In this document: positions 45,497 to 55,959 of the stretch, piece after piece | Numbering within the stretch: the first letter of the stretch is position 1 | Layout: each line of letters opens with the position of its first letter | NCBI GenBank assembly: GCA_012862495.1 | Contig: BLSG01000216.1 | Coordinates: 295,649 to 359,648 of the forward strand | DNA from: Thraustochytrium aureum | Taxonomy: Eukaryota | DNA length: 64,000 nt | Reading direction: 5' to 3' | The notes under the pieces: generated by a model | What the model saw: the letters and a program-made list of their open reading frames with translations, nothing else | Told to the model about the DNA's origin: nothing | The model's database searches: none | Made by a program: the position numbers and the translations under genes

Positions 45497-47743
45497 CTAG
45501 CTGCTCCAGAGCTCTTGGATGTAGCGCTTGTCGTGCTGGAGGCCCTGCACGAAGGCTACCGCGGCGTCGCGGTCCATGGCCCCGCACTCGGTGCACACGT
45601 CGACGAGCGCCTTGTGCACGTCGCGCCCCATCGAGGTCGCTCCGCAAACAAAGATGTGCGCCCCGCGGTTGATGAGGTCCCAGAGCGCCGCGCGCTCCTG
45701 CTGCATGATGNNNNNNNNNNNNNNNNNNNNNNNNNNNNNNNNNNNNNNNNNNNNNNNNNNNNNNNNNNNNNNNNNNNNNNNNNNNNNNNNNNNNNNNNNN
45801 NNNNNNNNNNNNNNNNNNNNNNNNNNNNNNNNNNNNNNNNNNNNNNNNNNNNNNNNNNNNNNNNNNNNNNNNNNNNNNNNNNNNNNNNNNNNNNNNNNNN
45901 NNNNNNNNNNNNNNNNNNNNNNNNNNNNNNNNNNNNNNNNNNNNNNNNNNNNNNNNNNNNNNNNNNNNNNNNNNNNNNNNNNNNNNNNNNNNNNNNNNNN
46001 NNNNNNNNNNNNNNNNNNNNNNNNNNNNNNNNNNTACGCGGCGCTCCTCCACAAACGCGCGCATCGGCGCGATCCCGGTCCCCGGCCCGACCAGAATAAG
46101 CGGCACAAGCGGGTCGGAGGGCAGCGTAAAGGTAGACTCTTTGACGAAGACCAGGGCGGCTGGTGGCTCGGCCACCGGGTCGGCCTGCACGAGCGCCTGA
46201 AGAAACGTGGAGCACACGCCCTTGTGCACACGGCCGCTCGGCTCGCCGGGCTTGCTCTCCTGCACCACGCCGACAGTGAGCGCAACCTGGGTCGGGGTCT
46301 TGAGCGCCGAGCTTGCGATGGTGAACTCGGCCCCTTGAGGCGCGGCATGACCTCCAAGAAGGGGCCGAGCGAGGCTTCGTCGATGGAAAAGCTGGGAAAG
46401 GTCTCGAAAACCTCTGCCACAGAAAGCCACTTGTCCGCCACAAACCGCGCAAAGTCGTCCTTGCCTTCCTTGGAGGCCAGGAAGCGCAGGCGCTCGCGAT
46501 GCTCTGGCATGCCCGCAAAGGGGGCCAGCTTGGCAAGGAGAGACCGGGTAGGGGCTCCCGCAAGGTCGGTGAAGTAGGCCAGGGCACTGCGCAAAGTGCA
46601 GGGGTTGGGGAAGAGCTTCTTGTCGCCTTTGGCAGGGTCGACGGGGTCGAGGCGGAACCACTCGTCCAGGCGCGACTCCAGGCCAAGGCGCTGCGCCGTC
46701 TCAAGGACGAGCTTCGGGTCGTTCTCTGGGAGCACCGTGAGGTTGTCGGCCGTGCCGTAGCGGATTCCCGAGGACTGCAGGTCGAACTCGACGTGGACAG
46801 TGGACCCGAGCCCGCCGTTCGCGAGGGTTTTCTGTCGGAGCTCGCGGTTCACCACAACCGGCACCTTCACGGCCTGGAAGTAGTGGCGCGACGAGAGGTC
46901 TACTTGTGCCGGCGGTGCGGAGCCTGGGCCCAGCGTGCGCCCCTGCTCGGCTCGAAGGGCAGGGTCCTCGGGTCCGGGCACAAAGCTCGCGCTGTATACG
47001 TACGAATGCGTCTCGAGGTCGCCACCTGCGTTCTGTGCGGCCTGCGCAGCGGCTTCGGAGGCTTCGGCGCCGAGGGCGTCCCTAGCAAAGGCGGGGGCCA
47101 CGCTTTCGCGCCAGTTGGAGAAGTCCTCTTCGATGTCGCCATCGTCGTCGCCGAGGCCCATGGGGTGGATCTCGGTGGCGCCCATCTTTAGGAGCCGCTC
47201 CTGCACGACCTTGCCCATCTTGTTGTACTGTTCGTATTGGGTGTTGCCGAGCGCGAATACAGCAAAGCGGATGCGGCGCGCCTGGGCCTCGCTCAGGCCG
47301 CCATCCTCGGCGTCCTTGTTCAGGAACGCGATGAACTCGATGGCGTTGTCGGTGGGGTCGCCTTCGCCGTACGTGGCCATAAAGTACAGGTGGTACTCTG
47401 GGACTTCCGGGTCGTCGCCTCCATCCGGTCCACCGGCAAACTCGCTTGCCTCCACGTCCTCCAAGTCGACGGCTTGCGCGTTCATGCCGGCCTTGCACAG
47501 GTCCTCGGCCACCTCTTTCGCGAACCCCTCCGCGGTCCCCGTCTGCGACCCAAAGTAGCACATCGCCTTCGGCTTCCCTTCCTCCTCCTTGCCCTTCCCC
47601 TCCTTGTCCACCCCGCCGCCTTGTCCTCCCACGCCGTCCTCCTTGCCGCCCGCGCCGGCGAGGCTCCTCTTCCTCAGCTGCAGCGCGACGACGGCCAGCA
47701 CGAGCGCCGCCAGCAGCGGCGGTCCAAAGTCGAGCACATTCAT
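45497..47743 (-). CDS. POR: NADPH-cytochrome P450 reductase; -1 frameshift ~46331; one N gap
   Basis: N-terminal TM anchor, FGSQTGTAEGFA, MATYGEGDPTDNA, LGNTQYEQYN, GLGDDD, FTIASS, KGVCSTFL, VGPGTGIAPMRAF, FVCG, C-terminal YIQELWSS. Confidence 0.96.
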   Translation of the reverse strand: MNVLDFGPPLLAALVLAVVALQLRKRSLAGAGGKEDGVGGQGGGVDKEGKGKEEEGKPKAMCYFGSQTGTAEGFAKEVAEDLCKAGMNAQAVDLEDVEASEFAGGPDGGDDPEVPEYHLYFMATYGEGDPTDNAIEFIAFLNKDAEDGGLSEAQARRIRFAVFALGNTQYEQYNKMGKVVQERLLKMGATEIHPMGLGDDDGDIEEDFSNWRESVAPAFARDALGAEASEAAAQAAQNAGGDLETHSYVYSASFVPGPEDPALRAEQGRTLGPGSAPPAQVDLSSRHYFQAVKVPVVVNRELRQKTLANGGLGSTVHVEFDLQSSGIRYGTADNLTVLPENDPKLVLETAQRLGLESRLDEWFRLDPVDPAKGDKKLFPNPCTLRSALAYFTDLAGAPTRSLLAKLAPFAGMPEHRERLRFLASKEGKDDFARFVADKWLSVAEVFETFPSFSIDEASLGPFLEVMPRLKGPSSPSQARRSRPRPRLRSLSAWCRRASPASRAAVCTRACAPRFFRRSCRPTRWPSHQPPWSSSKSLPLRCPPTRLCRLFWSGRGPGSRRCARLWRSAAXXXXXXXXXXXXXXXXXXXXXXXXXXXXXXXXXXXXXXXXXXXXXXXXXXXXXXXXXXXXXXXXXXXXXXXXXXXXXXXXXXXXXXXXXXXXXXXXXXXXXXXXXXXXXIMQQERAALWDLINRGAHIFVCGATSMGRDVHKALVDVCTECGAMDRDAAVAFVQGLQHDKRYIQELWSS

Positions 47744-47939
47744 CCTCCCTCCTCCTGGTCCTCCTCCCCTGGGCCTCTTCGCTGCCGCGCCCTGCTGCTG
47801 CACCCAGCGCCCTCGCTCGTTCGGGGTCTGCTCCATGCGGGACTGCCGCTGCTCCTCCAAATCATCCGCCACGATGATGGCGCCTACTCTACCACTTACT
47901 CCTACAGATAGGCTCATAACCTAATCACAGACAGACTCC

Positions 47940-48210
47940 AGGTGTGAGTGCCACACCATGTGTCATGCATGCATGCATGCCTCGATCGAGCACCCCGCAC
48001 GAAGCCATGACGCTCAGGCGCAGGCAGGCAGGCTGCTTGAGGTGTGAGTGCCACACCATGTGTCGTGCATGCCTCGATCAAGCACCCCGCACCAGGCCAT
48101 GACGCTGAGGCGCAGGCAGGCAGGCTGCTTGAGGTGCGAGTGCCACACCATGTGTCATGCATGCATGCCTCGATCGAGCACCCCGCACGAAGCCATGACG
48201 CTCAGGCGCA
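47940..48210. repeat. Minisatellite: three tandem units of about 80-100 bp
   Basis: Unit aggtgYgagtgccacaccatgtgtc(RTGC)n ctcgatcRagcaccccgcac...ccatgacgct.aggcgcag starts at 47940, 48040 and 48132. Confidence 0.92.
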
Positions 48211-48229
48211 GACAGACAGGCAGACAGAC

Positions 48230-48281
48230 ACAGACGGGCAGGCAGGCAGGCAGGCATGCAGGCAGGCAGGCAGGCAGGCAC
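48230..48281. repeat. (CAGG)n microsatellite; similar tracts at 12604-12640, 15417-15453, 27204-27222, 27482-27565
   Basis: Directly visible caggcaggcagg / cctgcctgcctg runs. Confidence 0.85.
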
Positions 48282-48788
48282 GAGACTGACGGACAGAGGG
48301 ATAGAGGGACTGCAGGACAGGAGAGTGCGCGCGCTCGCGAAGGAGACCGCGGNNNNNNNNNNNNNNNNNNNNNNNNNNNNNNNNNNNNNNNNNNNNNNNN
48401 NNNNNNNNNNNNNNNNNNNNNNNNNNNNNNNNNNNNNNNNNNNNNNNNNNNNNNNNNNNNNNNNNNNNNNGGGCGGCAACGGTTGGCTGACTGACTGGGG
48501 AAGGGAGGCAGCGAGGTGCGTCCAGGCGCCGCGAAGGTGCCCTGTTGTGGCGAGGTCGGGCTGCTCTCGTCCGCCTTGGCGATGGCGGCCAGAGGGCAGA
48601 CGACGACGCGGACGCTGTGGCAGGGGCGGTGAGGCATATCTATCTATCTGTTTGTGCTACTACTATGGGTGGAGGCGCGGCGCGAGGGCGAGGTGGGCGG
48701 CGCCGGACGTGGCGCGCCCCGCTCTCTCGCTCGCACTCTCGCTTGCTGTCTCTCTCTCTCGCTCTCTCTCTCGTAGAGCTAGCTGGAG

Positions 48789-50285
48789 CTAGAGGTCCTT
48801 GCGAGCGGCGGCGCGCTGGTGCGCTGGTTTGGGGTGCGCGGCGGCGGCGCCCCCGCGCGACGGTGACGCCGAAGCGAAAAGCGCCACGAAAAAGGCGAGG
48901 ATGGACTGCGGGAGGTAGAGCGGCCGCAAGAGCTTGAAGAAAAGGTTGATGGCGAACCGGGTCCAGCGACCCTGCGGGAAGAGCTTGTTCATCGTGATCT
49001 CGGCCTGCTCGATAATCTTTGGCGTCGGGTGAAGCGGGGCCCCAGGGAGATGAAGCTCGTTGAGCGTTGCGTACAGCTTGTTGCGACTCGACATCTGGAG
49101 CTGGTCGACGGGGAGCAGCGCCGTGCACTTGAGGTAGCGCTTGAGCACGTTCTCGTTGCGGATGGCACGCAGGTGCTGCACGAGCTGCGGCACAAAGGTG
49201 TCGAGCCCGTTCTCGAGCTGGAGCTGGTTGACGCAAAAGTTGCCGACGCGTTCTGGCCGCGAAGAGTAGTAGTAGTAGAAGCGGCAGAGCACGCAGGCGA
49301 AGTCGTTGCGGATGGCTTCCTTGGCTGAGCGAAAGCCCTTGTCCGGGTTGTCACCGCCCTGGCCATCCGACGCCGCGGGCGGGTTGCCAGTGGCAGCCGC
49401 GGCGGCGGCGTGGTCGACCCGCGCGCTGGACGGGAGCGGGGCGTCCAGGTACGGGTCGTTGGCGAAGCCGCGGCGCTGGCGCGCCGCGGCAGCGGTCGGC
49501 GAGGTCGCGTTGAAAAAGGGCGACGAACCGGAAAACATGTGGTCTCGGAGGCGGATGTAGAGCGGCCAGAGCTTGTGCGTGTCGTGCTGCATGTCGAACC
49601 AAAAACAGCTGGTAGGTGCCCTTGAGAAACACGTTGAACCGCATGACCCAGCCCTTGGTGGTGAGCCCTGCCTCGGTTTCGACGAGCCAGCGGTGGAAGA
49701 GCAGACTAAAGATGGCCGCAAAGTGCTCGAGCGACCAGAGGCGCGCGCAGAGCGGGAGGAGCTGGTCGGCGACCTCGCCCGGGTGGTTCATCTCGCGCAC
49801 GTAGTAATGCGTCGCGAGCAACTCGTAGTAGAACCACTTGCGCTCCATGTCGAGCCCCAACTTGTCCGCGGCGCGCTCGGGGACCGTGCTGCTGATGTTG
49901 AAAAACAGGTCTTCAAGGCCCTTTTCACTCTTGGTGCGCGCCGCCTCCTCCAGCACGGCTGTGACCTGGTCTGCGAGCTTGAACTGGAACCGGCCCAGCA
50001 GCGTGCGCGGCCGGTCGCGCCGCCTACTTGCTCCGCCAGCCCCAGTCGGGCCTTTGCCGAGCTGAAGATCGCCGCCTGTCCCAGAGGGCGCGGCTGATGG
50101 CTGGGCGCCCGCTGTGGGGGCCGTTGCGCTGCGTCCTCTTCCTGGTCTGACATGGGCAGCAAGTTGGTGAACGACCAGCTGGCGCGCATCCCGGTGCCGG
50201 TTTCTCGGAACAGGTCTGTGGCGCTCTCTTCCGCAAGCTGCGTGAGGTCGTTGAGGGACCGCGAGCCCCGCATTGCGAGTCGCAT
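48789..50285 (-). CDS. Conserved hypothetical protein; frameshifts ~49603 and probably ~50120
   Basis: FYYELLATHY, FAAIFSLLFHRWL, GTYQLFWFD, CRFYYYY, PGAPLHPT..MNKLFPQGRWTRFAINLFFKLLRP. Recalls an uncharacterised family I associate with plants, algae and amoebae (not searched). Confidence 0.7.
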
Positions 50286-51213
50286 TCTTGAAGCCGCCGA
50301 CCACCGCGCAGCCAGCGAGCGCTCAGAGCAGCAGATGGTCCGCGGGCTCTGCTCGCAAGCCAAACAGGCCGGCGCGATGAGCGATGCACAGGCCAGGCGC
50401 GGGGCAGCTCGGTGGATCGAGCGATACGCGGCGCGCGTCCCGCCTGCGCGTCCGCCCCGGGCCACTCGGGCCGTGCGCGCTTGGCTCGGAGTCTGCGCTC
50501 TGCTTGCGCGTCCGTCCGTGCGCAGGCCTGTGCCCGCCAGGAGGCGTCTGCTCGCGCTGCCGGGTGGCGCCCGTTGCTGTCTTGTGCTAGGCCCGCTCTA
50601 GAGCTAGCTCTACTCCAGAAGAGAGGAAGTGTTTGCTGGTGCTGGCGCGTGCTTCTGGTGATGACGAAGGTCTGTTCGCAGCAAGTGTCTTTCACTTGTT
50701 CCCCAGTTCGAAGACTACAGGCCGGACGATGCCGAGTCGGCCTGCTAGAGCGCGTCGGAAGCGGCAGGCGCCCAACCCGGACGCCCAGGTGCCGACCCGG
50801 GCGCCTGTCGCGAGCGCGACAAGGTGCGGAGTCTGGATGAGAAGGGGTCAACATTTGTTTTGGAACAGCTCATTGAAGTAAAGTAGTTACATGGCTTGCA
50901 TTTACATTGCACTAGGCGCGCGTGCGTCACGAGTGACGTGCCTCCTGGCGCATCCACGGCTAGCCCGCCCCGTTATGTCAGAGAAAGGCAAGCAGCCACG
51001 GCGCTCGTGGTGGAGGAGCGGGCTCTAATCCCGCAATAGAAACGCATGCAAAATCCGTCCGCATCAGGAAAGCATCGTGACCGCGCGCGCGTAAGCCCCT
51101 TCGCGCGCGCAAGAGTCGGCTCGGCAGCCAGGCCCACGGCGCCCTCCCCCACGGCGCCCGCTAGGCGGGTTTAAAAAAAAACTATCTGGAAGATTGCTCG
51201 GCGCTTGAGGGCG

Positions 51214-51692
51214 CTAGTCGGTCACGATGGTGACCTGCGGCTCACTGGGGGGCAAGTAGCCCGAGAGCACGCGGAGCAGGATGTCGCCCCTAAAATGGAA
51301 CAGGCGATGAAATACGTCGCAGGCGAGCGCCGCGCCAAGCGCAGTCGGAAAGTCGCCAAACTTCCAGTTGAGCGTGCTTGGCCGAAAGTAGAAGCCTCGC
51401 GAACCGCGCTTGAACTGGCCGACGAATTTCAGCGTCTCGGGCGTCGAGTCGAGGCCCTCCATAGCCAGCGCGATCTCGTCGAACGTCTTGCCGGGCTCGT
51501 GCTCGGTCAGCTGCTCCATGAGGCAGGTTGCAACACTCACGCAAAACGTCCCGTGCTCCTCGGTGTACGATGGGATGGCGCGAAGTCGCCGCAGCTCGGC
51601 CTCGTAGTTGAACCCAAGGCGCTCCGAGGTGTATTCCACGCGGCGGAGCGGGGCGCTCGCGCTCGCGGGTTTCGCGCTCGCGGGTTTCGCGC
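51214..51692 (-). CDS. Hypothetical protein, C-terminal part; may start near 52072 across the gap
   Basis: Globular-looking 141-aa frame with coding-like codon usage, preceded by AKPAS repeats. Confidence 0.55.
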
Positions 51693-53621
51693 NNNNNNNN
51701 NNNNNNNNNNNNNNNNNNNNNNNNNNNNNNNNNNNNNNNNNNNNNNNNNNNNNNNNNNNNNNNNNNNNNNNNNNNNNNNNNNNNNNNNNNNNNNNNNNNN
51801 NNNNNNNNNNNNNNNNNNNNNNNNNNNNNNNNNNNNNNNNNNNNNNNNNNNNNNNNNNNNNNNNNNNNNNNNNNNNNNNNNNNNNNNNNNNNNNNNNNNN
51901 NNNNNNNNNNNNNNNNNNNNNNNNNNNNNNNNNNNNNNNNNNNNNNNNNNNNNNNNNNNNNNNNNNNNNNNNNNNNNNNNNNNNNNNNNNNNNNNNNNNN
52001 NNNNNNNNNNNNNNNNNNNNTGTTGTACATCGATTCGAACTGTTGAGCCTGGTGCGAACCCTGCAAAAGCATTTCGCTCAGCCAACTCCCCGGTGCTGCC
52101 TCGCCGCCCGACGTCCCTATTTCCCCAGGCGCCTCTACCGCCTGCGTCGCCGCCGCCGCGGCGCTGCCCTTGGTTCGCCGCGCCCTCGGCTTTCCCTGTC
52201 CGCGCTCCCGGCCCGCCTCCGAACTCCGCGCTCCGAGGCCGCCCCTGGTTGCGCTGCCGCCGCGGCCGTCACTTTCCCAGTCGCTCTGGCCGTCGTCCTT
52301 CGACCGCCTCGCCCGGCCGAGCTCTCGCCGCGCCTGCTTCACCTGCTGCTCCCTGCGCCTGTGCTCCTGCTGCCCTGCTGCCCTGCTGCCACCTGGCCTC
52401 CCTGTTCCGTTCCTGTTTCGCGTTCGGGGTCTGCCGTCTTCTGTTCTGATGATGAGAGCTTCGGCAATTCCGAAGCGTAGGAGAAGTAGCGCGAATGCAT
52501 ACGCCACGTAGTACCCAGGGCCTACTGAAATTTCGTCATGCCAGAAGCCTCTAGAAGCCCACTGAAGTTGACTGAACGGAAAAGCTCCCGCGCGGAGCTA
52601 GACCACAATACACCGGCTCTCTTTCAATGTGTAGTAGAGGAACAATCCACACGCAGGGAGTGCTCTTCTAGAGGTAGCGTGTGTTTGGGTTGGTTTGGGT
52701 GAGCGAAGAGTGGTGGGCTTGGGCGCTACTCTAGCGAGTACTCCTCTGCACAAGGACAACTCGTCCAGCACTGCCTCACGAGGACAACTCCAGCACTGTC
52801 GCACGCCGATCCGACGCCTTACTCTTACTCTCCCGGCCGCTGCCATAATGATTGCCCAATTATTCAGGAATCTCGTTCAGGCCCGAGCCGACGGCTCGGA
52901 CGAGGTAGGAGCCTGGTCGTTGGTCGTGAGGAGCGTCCGAGGGGAGCTGACTAGGTTTGGCTCCGACTCTCCTGCATGTGTTTCATCACAGGGTGCCCTG
53001 GTTCGAGTCCGCGCGAGTGCCAATTTTGCCGACGAAAAAGTGTCGCACTGCAAGGATTTAACCCAGACTCCAACCAAGACGCACATAGGCACAAGGTGGC
53101 GAGAGGATATGGGCATGTCAAAAGTATAAATAGCGCTGACCGCGTGGTGAAAGCAACATTTTATTGGATTAATACAGAGAAGATCAGCATTAGTCACTGG
53201 ATAAGTACGACCAATCTGATCCCAGAAGGAATCCACGCTTTTTTTTCTCCGCTTTTTCGAAGTTGCAATTCCGGTCGGAGTAACGGAGCGGGAATTACGA
53301 AGCCGGTGCCGAGGTCCGACGAGTCTCCGACAGTCTGGACTCTGGACTGAATAAGGCACGTGCTTTTTGTTTGTTTGTTGATTGATTGAGAGAGGCTTTT
53401 GATGATCAAGATCATTGATGAACGTGGGTCGGAAGAGGGGCAGAACGTTCGGCCAGGATCACGTTCTTTTACGTCGTTGCAGCTCTGTGAAACGTCAGGG
53501 GATGCATTCATTCGTTCCGTTCGACAACCCGTTCCGGTACGCGTTTACGGGTTTGCAGGAACACGCTTCACTCCCCACCGTGACGTCGACAAATGCAGGA
53601 CTCGAGCAGCGCGAGCCCAGC

Positions 53622-54592
53622 TCAGCGGAAATACTTGTCGAGCCAGCGAAATAGTTCTGAAAGCGTAAACTGCAGGTGGTTCTGCGGCGTCGACTCAAAA
53701 AACACCTTGCCAGCGTTGACCAGCGTCCGCAAACCAAAGGCGTCCGATCTGTAGGCCTCCGTCTCGTTGTACGGCAGCACGACCCCAAAGTCGCCGTCCT
53801 TGAAAAATCCAAACCACTCGGACTCGGAAGGGAAGATCATCGTGTCCTGCAAAGCCTTGACCAAGACGAGCTTGTCCAGGCTCGCAAAGTTCTTCTTAAA
53901 CGTCGCGCTGTCCGGGTGCTCGACCTCGTTGTTGAGCTGCGGCAGAAACTTGCACGTCTTGCGGTACGCCGCGAGCTCCGTGGGGTCCTTGAGGAAATTG
54001 GCCTGCGCCACGTGCTCTTGGATTTGCTCCGTATAGGCCAGTTTGCCGACCATGTCTGACACCGAGCGGCACAGGAACGATGCAAGCCCATCTGGGTTGC
54101 AGCGGGGAGGCTGCCGGTGCCAGCCAGCGGGCCGTGGATGGAGAGAAATCGCCGCACTGGGGGATCGTTGTATCTCTCGACATATCCGCGGATCACGAGG
54201 TTGCCCTGGCTGAGCCCGGCCGCGTCAAAGCCGCCCGCGAGCTTGGGGTCTGCTCGCACACGCTTGGCAAAGTCCTTCACGATGTTGTCCATGTTGAGAA
54301 GGAATCCGTTCAGAGTATCCGCAGGCTGCGAGTCGCCGTCCGCGATGCAGGTGCTGTAGACCTTGAGGTGCTCTCCGGCCACCTTGACGATCTGCGCCAT
54401 TCCAGGGTTGTCGCAGGCGTCGCCCATTCCGTGCGCAAACACAAGGGGGAGGCCCGAGTCGCTCTGTCCCGACAAGCGCAAGTGATTTGAAGAGTCAAAC
54501 GTAAGCTCTTTGATCAGGAGCAGCTCGCCGCTTGCAGCAGCGCTCGCTGCCACCAGCGCAGTAGCGGCAAGTCTCAGCGCGCGCACCATCAT
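53622..54592 (-). CDS. PPT1: Palmitoyl-protein thioesterase 1; -1 frameshift ~54106
   Basis: Signal peptide, PLVFAHGMGD, GLSQG, ERYNDPPV, QEHVAQANFLKDP, FLPQLNNE, DTMIFPSESEWFGF, YRSDAFGLRTL, NHLQF. Confidence 0.95.
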
Positions 54593-55959
54593 GCTCGCCT
54601 TCGTTCAGGACGTGCTGCTCTTCGACACCGGCGACGGCCGTCTGTTGGGATTCTGTCACTGCTCAACCCGGGCTCACCCCGGGCTCTCGCTAGTAGCTCT
54701 CTAGCTAGCTACCCGTCGCCCTCTTGCGTCCCAAAGGCTCCCAAAGAATGCAATGCAAATGCGCCAAATGCCTCAAGACGCTGAATGCAGATTGATGCGG
54801 TGCAGCGCTCTTGACGACCAAACATGCATGCATGCATGCAGAAGTGCATCCGCTGGGACACATAACGGTTTGCAATTCCAAGTAGGGAAATGTGACGGCA
54901 GAGGAGTGCGAGTACTCCACGCCCCTACCTACACTGCAGGAGCCAGGATGAAATGTCAGCCAGGATGAACGGGTGGCAGTTGCCGGCCTTACACGCGCTG
55001 GCCGCGCCGCTGGCGTTGCCTGGCGACCCAACTGCCGCTTCAAATCAAAGGCAATCTGCGAACAGAAATTGCACAGAGATGGCACAGAAATGAGCGAACA
55101 ACGGGCCTGGAGAGCGAGCGCCTCCGAACCGATGTGAAGCAAGATGGGTGCATTGCATTGCTCGCTTGCCTGCCAGCTCCCAGCGAGGTTTTCTTCGCTC
55201 GCCAGGCCGCGCGCGCGTCAGTCCTCTTTTCGTGGTGATCTATCTACTTTTCTTGCTTGGTGATCTTCTTTTTTGGGGCGCGATGGGGACGACAGAGCCC
55301 AGTTACCTCTCGGAGCTTCTTTCTGCGTCCAAGGATTTCCAACGGACGCCGTTACCCTCACAAATCCCGCTGAGGCCCGCGCGCAATTTCCACAGGGGGC
55401 AGAGGAGTACTTACGCCCCTCACAAACCTCCCCTCACGTCGCGACCGTGCAGCGGATATTCCCGAAGATCTCGCTCGCCCTCGCCTCGCCAAAATTATCC
55501 CGAGAGGCGCCAGGAAAAAACTCTGCAAATAAATCCAACTCATCGTCCGGGCCTTCACACGGATAAAACGTTCGAGGTGAAGCTCCGCGAGGAGAGAGTA
55601 GGTCGCGTACCGCATTTAACGTTGAGCGGGCTGCAGTTTGGTTTATCCGAGTGGAGAGCAGTTATGCCGATGCGCGACAGAGAGTGAGCGCGAGAGGAGA
55701 GCAGACACCAAACGCGCGACAGCAGGATCAGGAGCAGGAGCCGGAGGAGCAGGAGCAGGAGCAGGAGCNNNNNNNNNNNNNNNNNNNNNNNNNNNNNNNN
55801 NNNNNNNNNNNNNNNNNNNNNNNNNNNNNNNNNNNNNNNNNNNNNNNNNNNNNNNNNNNNNNNNNNNNNNNNNNNNNNNNNNNNNNNNNNNNNNNNNNNN
55901 NNNNNNNNNNNNNNNNNNNNNNNNNNNNNNNNNNNNNNNNNNNNNNNNNNNNNNNNNNN

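Noticed and set aside
47940..48210. CRISPR-like array
   Set aside because: Whole units are duplicated with no unique spacers, the context is eukaryotic and no cas genes are present.
41277..54592. Lipid-metabolism gene cluster (LPCAT, POR, PPT1, plus lipases elsewhere)
   Set aside because: The genes are interspersed with unrelated housekeeping genes and form no coherent pathway.
54700..55690. ORFs between PPT1 and the BET gene
   Set aside because: No coding-like bias or motifs. Probably a divergent promoter/UTR region with TGCA-rich low-complexity sequence.
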